A program made the position numbers and the translations under genes. 30,783 bases of DNA from Tubiluchus corallicola (lineage: Eukaryota; Animalia; Priapulida). Location of the stretch: assembly GCA_030141605.1 (NCBI GenBank), contig JAQGDQ010001657.1, positions 1-30,783 of the forward strand, read 5' to 3'. Below, piece after piece: positions 11,374 through 21,774 of the stretch; position 1 is the stretch's first letter; each line of letters opens with the position of its first letter. Under the pieces are notes generated by a model that did not search any database, was not told the origin of the DNA, and saw nothing but the letters and a program-made list of their open reading frames with translations.

Positions 11374-11649
11374 GGACGTTTCAAAAGATGAACTTTTTTG
11401 CTAGTTTGTATAGCAATAGAGCCTATTTTGTTGTTGCATTAGTGTAACAGAGGTTAAATTCAGAGCACAGCATGAGCTTAGACGATGTTAGTGATCCCTT
11501 ACACACACAGATGGCACCACGAGTAAGGTTCTGTGTATTGAAATTTGCAAGCCTTAGATGAAAGATGCCAAATACTCTGTGATTCTGTTTTCTACCGCTA
11601 AATTATTATCATAGCCTAATTGCCTCTTTACTTTTTATCTTTCTTTTAG

Positions 11650-11761
11650 GGCGGAAGCTTGCTGTAGCAAACTTGGTGAGCTTAACCCCTATGTGTCAGT
11701 GGAATTCATCAACACTCCTCTTACAGAAGCCTCCGACTTGGCATACCTGAGTAACTATCAG
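11650..11761 (+). CDS. UBA6: UBA6 exon 5 (AEACCSKLGELNPYVSVEFINTPLTEASDLAYLSNYQ)
   Basis: ELNPYV motif. ag acceptor, gtgatg donor. Confidence 0.95.
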
Positions 11762-12082
11762 GTGATGCATTGGCGTTGCTCTTAGCTGTTTGTACTCTCA
11801 CCTCTATGTACTACTCATATAAATGTCATATATGTGCATACAAAAGGAAATACTGCTAATGCCTAAGAAAATATTGTCAATTTATCTATAATAAATAATT
11901 ACCAGACAATGGCTTCCTCTGCCGCCTGGAGTGATGGTTTACTTTAAAGGGAAGGAAAAGGGAATTTTTAAAGTATTTCACAAAGTTTCCATACAAAGTT
12001 ATATTACTTAGCATTATGTTTACCTCTTTGAAAGCTTTGTGTAATATAAAAAAGAAATTTGTTAATAATTTAAAATATTCTC

Positions 12083-12406
12083 CATCCCAGCGTGCACCAC
12101 TGGTTCACCAAAAACACACTATTAGTCTTATTGAAAACATCCCAGTGTGCATCACTGGTTCACCAAAAACACATTATTAGTCTTAGTGACAACATCCCAG
12201 TGTGCATCACTGGTTCACCAAAAACACATTATTGGTCTTATTGGCAACATCTCAGTGTGCATCACTGGTTCACCAAAAGCACATTGATCTCATTGGCAAC
12301 ATCCCAGTATGCACCACTGGTTCACCAAAAACATATTGATCTCATTGACAACATCCCAGTGTGCACCACTGGCTCACCAAAACACATTATTGACCTCATT
12401 GACAAT
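12083..12406. repeat. 52-55-bp minisatellite, 6 copies, each with internal CCAGTG..CACTGG hairpin
   Basis: catcccag units start at 12083, 12138, 12193, 12248, 12300 and 12352. Confidence 0.9.
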
Positions 12407-12752
12407 ATAAAGTAATTTGAATGTTTGGTCAGCAAAGAATGTGCTACGAATGCTCTGATAATTTTTTCAAACTTTACGCAATGTTACCTAAATTCGTGTC
12501 AATTGTGAAAACTTCCCGTGAAAACAGCTGCTCCCAGAGGTCGTCGGGGGAGTTTAAATTTACAAGTTTTGTGCAGCGTTACTGCTCAAGCAAAGTCTGT
12601 GCTCATATAACTGACACAAAATTTGAAGACGAATTTTTTAAGGTTTGTTTATAAGCAGTGTTTCCTGTGCTTTTAAGTTCTTGGCTGACCGTGCTTCTTT
12701 GCTAATTAACTAATTAACACAGTCAACTAATTACGAGATTTATGTCTTTCAG

Positions 12753-12833
12753 TGTGTGGTTCTCACCGAATGCAATCTTGACCTGCAAATGCGTGTAAAC
12801 CAGTTTTGTAGATCTCATTCTCCGCCAATTACG
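12753..12833 (+). CDS. UBA6: UBA6 exon 6 (CVVLTECNLDLQMRVNQFCRSHSPPIT)
   Basis: YQCVVLTE and FCRSxxPPI are UBA6-type. ag acceptor, gtaagt donor. Confidence 0.95.
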
Positions 12834-13703
12834 GTAAGTTACTATCTGAAGCTGTTTAAAATGAGAGAATTTTTACTTCGTGTGGTTGAATACGTGGATA
12901 AGACGTTTTTGGCTCCATTCATTTTAATTTAATATTGCAGTTAATGTCGCATCAGTCTGAGGTTTGCATTTCAAAAGTTATAAATAAACTGTTTGATCTA
13001 GTGTTTGTCAGATTGCATATTTTGCTTGTGTGTCACTGTGCATAACGTTTTCATAATTCCTGATTTTGGACTAAAAACCCAACGACCGAAACGTATGTAT
13101 TTCTTTTATTTGCAACAAATAAAATAATTTTGTACTACTAAAGTTATGAAAGAAGATTATATTTTTCCTTAGGTCAATTCATCTTGAGCTTCAGTTCATT
13201 TATTTTATTTATTTGTTTATTTATTTTATTTATTCATTTATTTGTTTGTTTTGCGATGAAACTGCATGCTGTTATGAGTATTTTTCTTGGCATATCAAAA
13301 ACTCTCCCCGACTGGTAATTTTTGTCAAAAAACAAACGGGCATTCTATTTTTTGAGACACTCACTTACAATCACTAACAAATCATAACTAAAAAGTTATA
13401 GGTTTCCCGTGTCTCATATAAAACAACATATAACTCATTTTTAAATGGGGCAAACACCACTTGATAAAGGAGAAAAAACAGACTTGAGTGTGACTAAAAT
13501 GTTTGTTAGAGATTCGTAAGTTTCCCACTGGGGCCATCTAGTGAGTATCTTTTGCAAGTTTTTTTAAATTAGTAACACTTTAAGTTGTTTGACAAAACAA
13601 GCTGCAAGATTTTACTTGCATAACAATTTGTTCTGATCTGCACACAGTACATTTTATCTGCTACCTTCATCTAATAATGTTCACGGTGTCGTTGTTTTAT
13701 CAG

Positions 13704-13826
13704 TTTATTTCGACACAAATACACGGCGTCTTCGGCTCTCTGTTCTGCGATTTTGGCGACACGTTTGAAGTGCTGGATAAAAACGGTGAAGAAGCAAAGG
13801 AAGTTTTTGTCAGCAACATTACCAAG
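13704..13826 (+). CDS. UBA6: UBA6 exon 7 (FISTQIHGVFGSLFCDFGDTFEVLDKNGEEAKEVFVSNITK)
   Basis: LFCDFGDxFEVLDxxGEE motif. ag acceptor, gtaaat donor. Confidence 0.95.
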
Positions 13827-13962
13827 GTAAATCATTGTTTATTTATTTATCATTATTTACGACTTATTTATTTGTTTATTACGCAAACCACAATAACCTG
13901 TACTGCATAGCGTGATCATAATCTATTGACAAATACATTGATAAAACTAAGTTAGGCTGGAC

Positions 13963-14759
13963 TATAGGTTTTACACATCAAATGTAGACACAGGAAAGTT
14001 CAAATGTGACTTAGGTAAGTCAAATGCAACTTAGGTAAGTCAAATGTAGACACAGGAAAGTTCAAATGCAACTTAGGTAAGTCAAATGTAGACACAGGAA
14101 AGTTCAAATGCAACTTAGGTAAGTCAAATGTAGACATAGGAAAGTTCAAATGTGACTTAGGTAAGTCAAATGTAGACACAGGAAAGTTCAAATGCAACTT
14201 AGGTAAGTCAAATGTAGACACAGGAAAGTTCAAATGTGACTTAGGTAAGTCAAATGTAGACACAGGAAAGTTCAAATGTGACTTAGGTAAGTCAAATGTA
14301 GACATAGGAAAGTTCAAATGTGACTTAGGTAAGTCAAATGTAGATGCAATACTTTGAATAAATCGGTAATTAAGTTATTTAAGTGCAAATTAGAAAAAGA
14401 TAAACCAAAGATAGTGCATCTATTAGTAGGCCTATAACGTTGTTATTTTAACTTAGGAGCAATTATTAAATTGAAATTAAAGGAGATTAAATTTAACATC
14501 CTTAAACTTTACCACCTATCCACATTTGAGATACCAATGTTACATTTGACTTGACATGTGTCTACATTTGACTTACCGAAAACGCTTAAGATTTCTTGAA
14601 AACCATTGTTAACATATTTGAACTAGCTAAGTCTACATTTGAGTTACCAAGACACATTTGAATTACCTAAATCTACATTTGAGTTACCAAGACACATTTG
14701 AATTACCTAAACCTACATTTGAGTTAACGCAGGTCTACATTTGACTTGTAAAACCTATA
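13963..14759. mobile_element. Foldback-like DNA element with TIRs and subterminal tandem arrays
   Basis: Termini TATAGGTTTTACA..TCAAATGTAGAC and GTCTACATTTGA..TGTAAAACCTATA. Left arm is a 42-bp array (~13977-14344). Right arm has degenerate reverse-complement units (~14540-14745). Confidence 0.8.
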
Positions 14760-15462
14760 AAAGTGCCTAGGTGCAATTGGCCTGTGTTGTCCACATGAAG
14801 TAAATACTTCTTAGAGCACCCTGTACAGTTGTGGAATGAGTGTACTACAATCAGTGACTGCCATATTCCAACTCAATATTGTAGTGTTTTATACGTCATT
14901 TCTGTTAAAAATTAAAAAAGGCCATTTTACAAATTTGCATTTAACTGAAGGCTGCTGTAAGCATTTCTATAGTCAAATTAATCTACCTTATATTAAGCTA
15001 AGATATCAATGGTCTCTTTTCAAGTATATTTTGAAAAGGTTGTCACTCAGTCAGCAATAGCAGGTATCTTCATTGTAGCAGTTTGTTAGGCAACAGTTTT
15101 TCGAATTCATTGATTGATGTAATTCGGTGAATTGCGTTTATTCACAATTGCGTTTCTGTTTTTGTTTCTCAAATTCCAAATTTGCCATTAATTTCGGCAG
15201 CACCAACACTAGATTTTCTTCCTGGTGCTGTCTAGAGGCATACCAATAGTGTCAATAAAATTTATATATTAATGTTTCCTGTGTCAAAATTTGTGCTAAT
15301 TTAATGTTTTCTGTTTAAATTAGCATTGTAAACGTATATTGCCATGGTAAGTCTAGCAGTAAACCTAATTCTAATTATATAATTATTGTCTTTGTACATT
15401 ACTATGAAGTACATTTGTGAGTGCAAATATATCAGAGTCAAGAAGAAGCGGATAATCTAATC

Positions 15463-15944
15463 CAGGAGTGTGCAAATTATCTGACTAGCCGGGCCACATT
15501 AAACTTTCCGGCAATTCCTGCGGGCCACAGGCAGTTTGATCTAGGAGCCAAGTACAGAAGGGCCTAATAACGATTTTTTTGCATCCGACCTGCGTACATC
15601 CTTAGTACTATACTCAAGAAACTATTTTAGAAGTTATTAAAATTTATATTACAAACCATATATTTCTACTTTCAGGACAGATAGTGGTAATTTCATTACA
15701 ATGCATATTAGTAATGTGTATCACACAGTCTGTGTAGTACAGTGTTGTTAAGCTACAACCGTCTTGTAAGGGTTAATAGCATCAGATCTAGTAGAAAAAA
15801 CTACCCGCACTATCTTTGGGATCGTGGCACGGACTTCAGCTGGATACACTCAATTAATCTCCCGGGCCGCACTTTCATTAGGTTGACAAATGTCTTCGCG
15901 GGCCGCACAAATTCTCTCGGCGGGCCGCAAGTGACACACCCCTG
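15463..15944. mobile_element. hAT-family MITE (family A, copy 3, inverted relative to copies 1-2)
   Basis: Termini CAGGAGTGTGCAAATT / CACACCCCTG. Perfect 8-bp TSD atctaatc. Confidence 0.92.
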
Positions 15945-16020
15945 ATCTAATCTAATCTAGGTCAAGTCGAAGTCAACTAAATGAAAGAAAGTGGTGACTA
16001 AGGTGTCCTGTTTATTTTAG

Positions 16021-16144
16021 GAGCAGAATGGTATCGTAACTTGTCTGGAGAACCGAATGCACGGTCTCGAGGACGGGGACTATGTCACCTTTAAAGAAGT
16101 TGTTGGCATGGAGTTTGTTAATGGAAGAAAGTTTCGAGTTAAAG
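16021..16144 (+). CDS. UBA6: UBA6 exon 8 (EQNGIVTCLENRMHGLEDGDYVTFKEVVGMEFVNGRKFRVK)
   Basis: FCCH-domain motif GIVTCLE..HxLExG..VTFxEVxGM..NG. ag/gt sites. Confidence 0.95.
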
Positions 16145-16163
16145 GTACCACCACCATCGTTAT

Positions 16164-16780
16164 TATCATCATCATCTTCATCATCATCTTCATCATCAGC
16201 ATCCTCATCATCATCATCATCATCATCTTTCGTATAAAAATATTCAGTTTACAAAGATAAAGATGTTAGTAAAACAGGTAATGCGATATTAGTAAAGTAA
16301 CATATCTACAGACATTCAACTTTATAATATCCACACATTGTAGTTCCCTTGTAATTATATCACAGTATACAGTGTTGTAAGGAGCTATAATAGATATCTT
16401 AAAACATAATCTTTAAATGAGTTCTTAACCTTTAATTTTACATTTTCGTTTAGATCTACAGTACAACCATATTTAAATCTTAAATTTGCTCGACTGTTAT
16501 TTACATAATATCATAGCTTTGGAATTCTCGATGTGCAAGAGTTTACAAATTTTCTCACAAAGTTTAATTTTCGATTATCTATTAAATAATTCGCAGGCAT
16601 TGTGCCACAAAAATACATTAATAATTTGACGCTTTCATTTTGTCTAAAACCGAATATTTTTCTATAAGCAGTGTTCCATTTTACCCTAACAGCATTAACT
16701 TCATTGTTTGATATGCCCCCAATTTCGCATCCGTATAATAAAATGGGTTGACAATATGTTGTGATCAGAGTTTTAGTTTT
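16164..16780 (-). mobile_element. 5'-truncated non-LTR retrotransposon with (GAT)n tail
   Basis: Minus frame LITTYCQPILLYGCEI...VKWNTAYRKIFG...RKLNF resembles the post-RT region of LINE ORF2. Stop at 16511-16513, then a UTR-like stretch and a (GAT)n tail at 16164-16227. Confidence 0.75.
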
Positions 16781-16803
16781 AAGTTTAATTTTTTTCTTTG
16801 CAG

Positions 16804-16913
16804 TCGCTTCCCCCTCTGCGTTCAGCATAGGTGACACTTCGGGCGCGGAATTTCGGCCGTACAAGAGCGGAGGCATCGTCAAGGAAATAAAGCAACCAAA
16901 CACCGTGACTTTC
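16804..16913 (+). CDS. UBA6: UBA6 exon 9 (VASPSAFSIGDTSGAEFRPYKSGGIVKEIKQPNTVTF)
   Basis: SPxxFSIGDT..Y..GG motif. ag acceptor, gtgagt donor. Confidence 0.95.
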
Positions 16914-16956
16914 GTGAGTAGAAATATACATATGCATATGCCTATACATATACTTA

Positions 16957-17499
16957 CTTAGCACAAACAAAGCACCTGTCAAAAACATGTATAACACAAA
17001 GGAAAAATACGACCTTAGCACAAACAAAGTACCTATCAAAAACACGTATAACACAAAGGAAAAATACGACCTTAGCACAAACAAAGTACCTATCAAAAAC
17101 ACGTATAACACAAAGGAAAAATACGACCTTAGCACAAACAAAGTACCTATCAAAAACACGTATAACACAAAGGAAAAATACGACCTTAGCACAAACAAAG
17201 TACCTATCAAAAACACGTATAACACAAAGGAAAAATACGACCTTAGCACAAACAAAGTACCTATCAAAAACACGTATAACACAAAGGAAAAATACGACCT
17301 TAGCACAAACAAAGTACCTATCAAAAACACGTATAACACAAAGGAAAAATACGACCTTAGCACAAACAAAGTACCTATCAAAAACACGTATAACACAAAG
17401 GAAAAATACGACCTTAGCACAAACAAAGTACCTATCAAAAACATACGTGTTTTTGATAGGTACTTTGTTTGTGCTAAGGTCGTATTTTTCCTTTGTGTT
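16957..17499. repeat. 57-bp minisatellite (8.5 near-identical copies) ending in an inverted copy
   Basis: cttagcacaaacaaagtacc units every 57 nt from 16957 to 17413. 17392-17443 and 17448-17499 are perfect inverted repeats. Confidence 0.95.
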
Positions 17500-17896
17500 T
17501 AGTGTTCTCAGCAGCTGTGAGTTGAGTCGTTTACATATATATTATATATTTTTTTATTTTATTTTATTTATATTTTATATAATACGTTTCATATATATAT
17601 ATATATATATATATATGAATGAAACGTATTATATAAAATTTGCTAGAGAAATATACTTCACCTCATATTATATAAATATATGATACTATATTATATTATA
17701 CTGTATTATACTATATAATTGTGTTATACATGTTACATAACATATATTAAACATATTATATAAAATATAATATAATCTGAGTCAGTGTGAACCAGACATT
17801 ATTTTATTCCCAGAAGCTTGTAAGCGTTCTCTGCTTTTCCTTAACCCATGGTCAATTTTTCTGTAAAGCTGTTAATTGAGATTAAAGTGGAAGTTA

Positions 17897-18393
17897 CAGT
17901 GGCCGCCGCTTATTATGGACACGCTTATTGCGGACAGCCGGTTATTGTGGACAACTCACGAGGGACGGAATTTTCCCCTAATAAAATCCGCCGGTTAATA
18001 TGGACAACCGCCGCTTAATATGGACAGTGAACATTCTTGGCACGTCAACCAGCCGTGCCAACCACGGCCTGCGCGCGTGATTGAAAAGAGCTTCCCGCTC
18101 TGCTGCCTGTGTGAGTCATTGCATCAGTCAGTTCGCCGCTTGCCGTGGCCTTGAGAGCTTCGAAAACTGTGATAACTTCCTTCCTTTCAAGCTTGAGAGA
18201 AAAGTTTCCTGCCAAACAAACTCGTCTGACTTCTTTTTTTCAATAAAACAGGAGACGAGTTGATACAGACAGTTTTTTGCCTTTTTTAATGAAGGGGAAG
18301 GGTCTTCATGGGTCACTTCTCTTAATATGGACAGCCGCTTAATATGGACATACACTGCTGGCCCGAGGTGTCCACAATAAGCGGCGGCCACTG
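17897..18393. mobile_element. Tc1/mariner (pogo/Tigger-like) MITE
   Basis: TA|CAGTGGCCGCCGCTTATTATGGACAC ... GTGTCCACAATAAGCGGCGGCCACTG|TA. Confidence 0.92.
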
Positions 18394-18583
18394 TATTATT
18401 ACATCACACATGACTCTTTGTACTTACGTATTGTCTCGTTTCGTTACGAATTTGAAACTGTGTTTTTTATTGTACGTTGAGTTGACTGGTTGGATGTGGA
18501 AAATATTACATTTAACTTCAATATTTTGTTAGATTTTGTTACTATGTATTTAAATATGTTCGTTATCTTTTATTATGTATGTA

Positions 18584-19081
18584 CCGTATATACTCGCATA
18601 TAAGCCTACATCGCATATAAGCCGACCCCCTAAAACTGCTTTAAAATGGCCAGTTTTTGCAAAAACCCGTATATAAGCCGACCATCAACTTGTCTAATTT
18701 TATTAGCTTGAAGTCAGCAGTATAGGACATACGTTTTCTTTTTTCTCCAGGCATGGTGTATTGCACAAATAATTTTACAACTAAAATTATCAAAATCAGC
18801 ACACTTTTAAATTCTGTGGCCGCGTGCTCACGTTTGCCTCAGTTTGCCTCATTGGTTTGCTGTTCCTCTATAAGCCACGTGACCCTCGTCTCCCCACGCG
18901 CTGCCTACCAATTGGCTGATGACGTCGGCTTCACCACTAGCTCTAGCTTGGTTACGGCTCGCTACTGGTGACACACAGTGGTGTATCGCTTCATTTTGTT
19001 TCATGCGCATATAAGTCGACCCCCTGATTTCAGTATTGTATTTTATAGTTCTAAATTCGGCTTATATGCGAGTATATACGG
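18584..19081. mobile_element. Tc1/mariner (Tc2/pogo-like) MITE
   Basis: TA|CCGTATATACTCGCATATAAGCC ... GGCTTATATGCGAGTATATACGG|TA. Perfect 23-bp TIR. Confidence 0.92.
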
Positions 19082-19322
19082 TATGTAGTGTTGGATTATA
19101 ATTTGTAACTATGTCTATTGTAAACGATCATTGTCGTTCAATGTCTCTCATGCGTTGGATTCTAAATTGTATATATATGTGAATAGGTTTAATACGTTGT
19201 AAATGCTTTTAGAAATTTTAAACATATCCCTACAAATACAGGGAATGTATTTTGTACATAGTTTTTAAAAATAAAGAATTTTAATAATAATAATAATAAT
19301 AATTCAATATTTATTTTTCCAG

Positions 19323-19385
19323 GAATCGTTAGAGTCGCAGCTATCTAATCCTAGTCTTCTGATTGTCGACTTACAGAAATGTGAG
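19323..19385 (+). CDS. UBA6: UBA6 exon 10 (ESLESQLSNPSLLIVDLQKCE)
   Basis: ESLExQLxxP..LIVD motif. ag acceptor, gtaaga donor. Confidence 0.93.
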
Positions 19386-19564
19386 GTAAGAATTCGTGAA
19401 AACTGTTTCGGGAAACTTTGAGAGGATGAGTACTCCAAAAAAATGTGTTTTGCCTTTTCGCTCATGAAGGTCCTGTATATGGAGGATTGTTTCGCCATGA
19501 TGCTGTTCTCTTCCTCCTGATGCGGTTCTTGTCATGTTTTTAATATTGTCACAATAGAGTTGCA

Positions 19565-19684
19565 GACTACGGCCAAATCATGTTGAGAACACCGGTTCTC
19601 GTCTGATCACCGAAGTTAAGCAATGTAGAACCTGGTTAGTACTTGGATGGGTGACCACCTAGGAATACCAGGTGCTGTAGGCTT
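19565..19684 (+). pseudogene. Full-length (120 nt) 5S rRNA-derived sequence; head of a SINE3-type element rather than a functional 5S gene
   Basis: CTACGGCCA...GATCACCGAAGTTAAGC...GGTTAGTACTTGGATGGGTGACC...GAATACC..GTGCTGTAGGCTT. Several apparent CpG-type transitions. No T4 terminator after it, and not in a tandem array. Confidence 0.9.
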
Positions 19685-20105
19685 GCGGGATGCCCACACT
19701 GTATCTCGACACTAGGAGCTGCACAAGCAGCCAACGGCTAGAGGGCGGGGGAGGTCAAGTGACCCAACGGCCATGTGTAGCGGAGTAAACCTTCCAAATC
19801 AGGAGTGGAGCCCCGAAGGCGGAGCAGTGCAGCATGCTCGCTGACTCCGGCAGCTCCTGCAGCCAATCTGGTGCCAAACGTATCGCTCCGCTTTCCTTTG
19901 GACTACACCAGGGAGGAAGAGAGAGGGTTCCTGTTGTCTGGGCAACTCATGATCTCCATACACCTTGCCCAGGTGTGCACCCTGGAGACGTTCAAGGATT
20001 GCACTGCTCAGCCACAGTCGACGCTGCAGCTCCATCAATGTGATCAATAACTGACTCTCTTGACGCACACTCCACTGTCTTCTGAGACAGAACGATGCCA
20101 ACCAA
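19565..20105 (+). mobile_element. 5S-headed SINE with bipartite RTE-derived body and tail
   Basis: 5S head, then a GC-rich segment like RTE 5'UTRs (CTGGTGCCAAACGTATCGCTCCGCTTTCCTTTGGAC). Then an RTE ORF C-terminal remnant (SRIALLSHSRRC) and an RTE-type 3' end (CCACTGTCTTCTGAGACAGAACGATGCCAACCAA). Confidence 0.75.
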
Positions 20106-20231
20106 TTTTTTCATACTTATCACTCCATCTAAAGATCAGTGGCTTGTTTGTAATAAAGAGCTACAGTAGAAAATTGAATATATATGAATGTAGGTCAAGA
20201 AAAATTGATTTTTTAATAGATGATCTACTAA

Positions 20232-20362
20232 AGCAAAACAAGGCCGAATTGTAACTGTGGATTTCGATTTGAGTCTGTTGAACACTTTTTGTTGCACTGC
20301 CCATTGTATCAACAAACTAGGGTTGTTATGTTTGATAAACTAAATGAAATACTTCTGTCCGA
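20232..20362 (+). mobile_element. Fragment of a second LINE: C-terminal CCHC zinc knuckle
   Basis: Frame from 20241 reads RPNCNCGFRFESVEHFLLHCPLYQQTRVVMFDKL, matching the CxCG..ExVEHFLLxCP.Y...R motif of non-LTR ORF2. Confidence 0.75.
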
Positions 20363-20363
20363 A

Positions 20364-20489
20364 AACCTCAGGATCACCATACACCGTGCCACACAGTCGA
20401 CGCCGCAGCTTCATCAATGTGATGAATAACTGACTCTCTTGACGCACACTCCATTGTCTTCCGAGACAGAAGGATACCAATAACCAACC
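20364..20489 (+). mobile_element. Second, 5'-truncated variant copy of the RTE-derived SINE 3' end
   Basis: Homologous to ~19945-20105 but lacks ~45 nt at the 5'/3' junction. Ends in an ACCA-type tail. Confidence 0.85.
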
Positions 20490-20794
20490 ATAGAATTGCA
20501 CCGTATTCTAAATTTTTATGAAAAAACAAATGGATCTACGACAAGGGGAATTTGTGATTTAAATGACATATCGAGGCAATTTGACAAAAAACTTAATAAG
20601 CGCGTAATCAATGCTTCACGTGCCGGATTAATTTTTAATTATGCAGGCATTTTGTGAATGAACTTGGTAGACTATACCTGACGATTCGAAAGAATGAGTG
20701 GTAAGTGAGGGGCCGTAATCTTTGTGAACAGTGTTTTGAACATGTGAATATTTGAAAATGTTTTATCTCTTTCATTCACTGTGTATTTTTCTAA

Positions 20795-21420
20795 TGACAT
20801 GTTACAGACTTCGCCAATAGCGTGTTGTGAACATGTGAAACTATTTCATTACTTTTGGTTCACCCCGTACATTTCTAGAGACATGTTATGTGAGCATCTA
20901 TAGTGGTTCATTACTTTTGATTGTCTCATCTCTGTAGTTTCTGTTATGTCGTAGATTTCACTAAAGTATGTCATAAACGTCTAAAAGTGTCCATTGCTTT
21001 TGATTCATCCTGTACGTTTCTAATAACATGTCGTAGACTTCGCTAACAGCGTGTTGCGAACACCTAAGAGTTTTCCGTTACTTTTGATTCACCCCGTACA
21101 CTTCTGATGATATGTCGTAGATTTCACTAAAAGCGTGTTATGAACATCTAAGAGTGTCCATTACTTTTGATTCACCCCGTACTTTTCTAGTGATATGTTG
21201 TAGATTTCGCTAAAAGCATGTCATAAATGTCTAAAAGTGTCCATTACTTTTGATTCATCCTGTACACTTCTAATAGCATGTCATAGACTTCCCTAACAGC
21301 GTGTTGTGAACACCTAAAGTTTTTCTTTACTTTTGATGCACCCCGTACGTTTCTAGAGACATGTTATGCGAACGTCTATAGTGGTTCATCACTTTTGATC
21401 GTCTCGTCTCTCTAGTGTCT
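20795..21420. repeat. Degenerate ~83-bp minisatellite (62-bp variants at both ends)
   Basis: ttacttttga-like anchors at ~20849, 20911, 20994, 21078, 21161, 21244, 21327 and 21389. Confidence 0.85.
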
Positions 21421-21491
21421 GTTCTTGCGAAGCACTGAACACTTCTACGTTCTTTATTATTCTACTTTGTGTTCTTCTTCTTCTTTTACAG

Positions 21492-21568
21492 GCTGCTGTT
21501 AACAGTCACATTGGCTTCGTAGCAATAGACAGATTTCTTGGTTCATTTGGGAGGCTGCCAAACATAAG
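21492..21568 (+). CDS. UBA6: UBA6 exon 11 (AAVNSHIGFVAIDRFLGSFGRLPNIR)
   Basis: H..F.A.D.F....R.P E1 motif. ag/gt sites, phases consistent. Confidence 0.92.
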
Positions 21569-21774
21569 GTACCCAACCTTAATTACTTTATATCTAACGT
21601 GAGTGATGCTGCCACGTTTAATAACCGAACTAAACATTTACACGACACTTACTGAATGAAGTGATTCTGTTTACGGGCCGTGATTGTGCGTGTCGGAGTA
21701 TTTTTGCCCTCACTAAGCCTGCGAATGATAAGAATGTAAGTTGTGAAGTGTTAATTTTTCTTCTTTTGTTTAAG

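Noticed and set aside
12083-12406. CRISPR-like array (palindromic repeats at regular spacing)
   Set aside because: The intervening sequences are homologous rather than unique spacers, the context is a eukaryotic intron, and there are no cas genes.
14000-14317. 105-aa repeat ORF (NFPVSTFDLPKSHL)n
   Set aside because: Product of the 42-bp array in the foldback-like element.
16785-17502. 219-aa and 171-aa repeat-protein ORFs
   Set aside because: Translations of a 57-bp minisatellite inside UBA6 intron 9.
19565-19684. Functional 5S rRNA gene
   Set aside because: Solitary intronic copy with apparent CpG-decay substitutions, a mismatch in the terminal helix, no T4 terminator, and fusion to retroelement sequence.
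19685-19990. HDV-like or hammerhead ribozyme in the RTE-like 5' segment
   Set aside because: Hairpins are present, but I could not find the HDV L3/P1.1 core or the CUGANGA/GAAA core by eye. An Infernal/RNArobo search would be needed.
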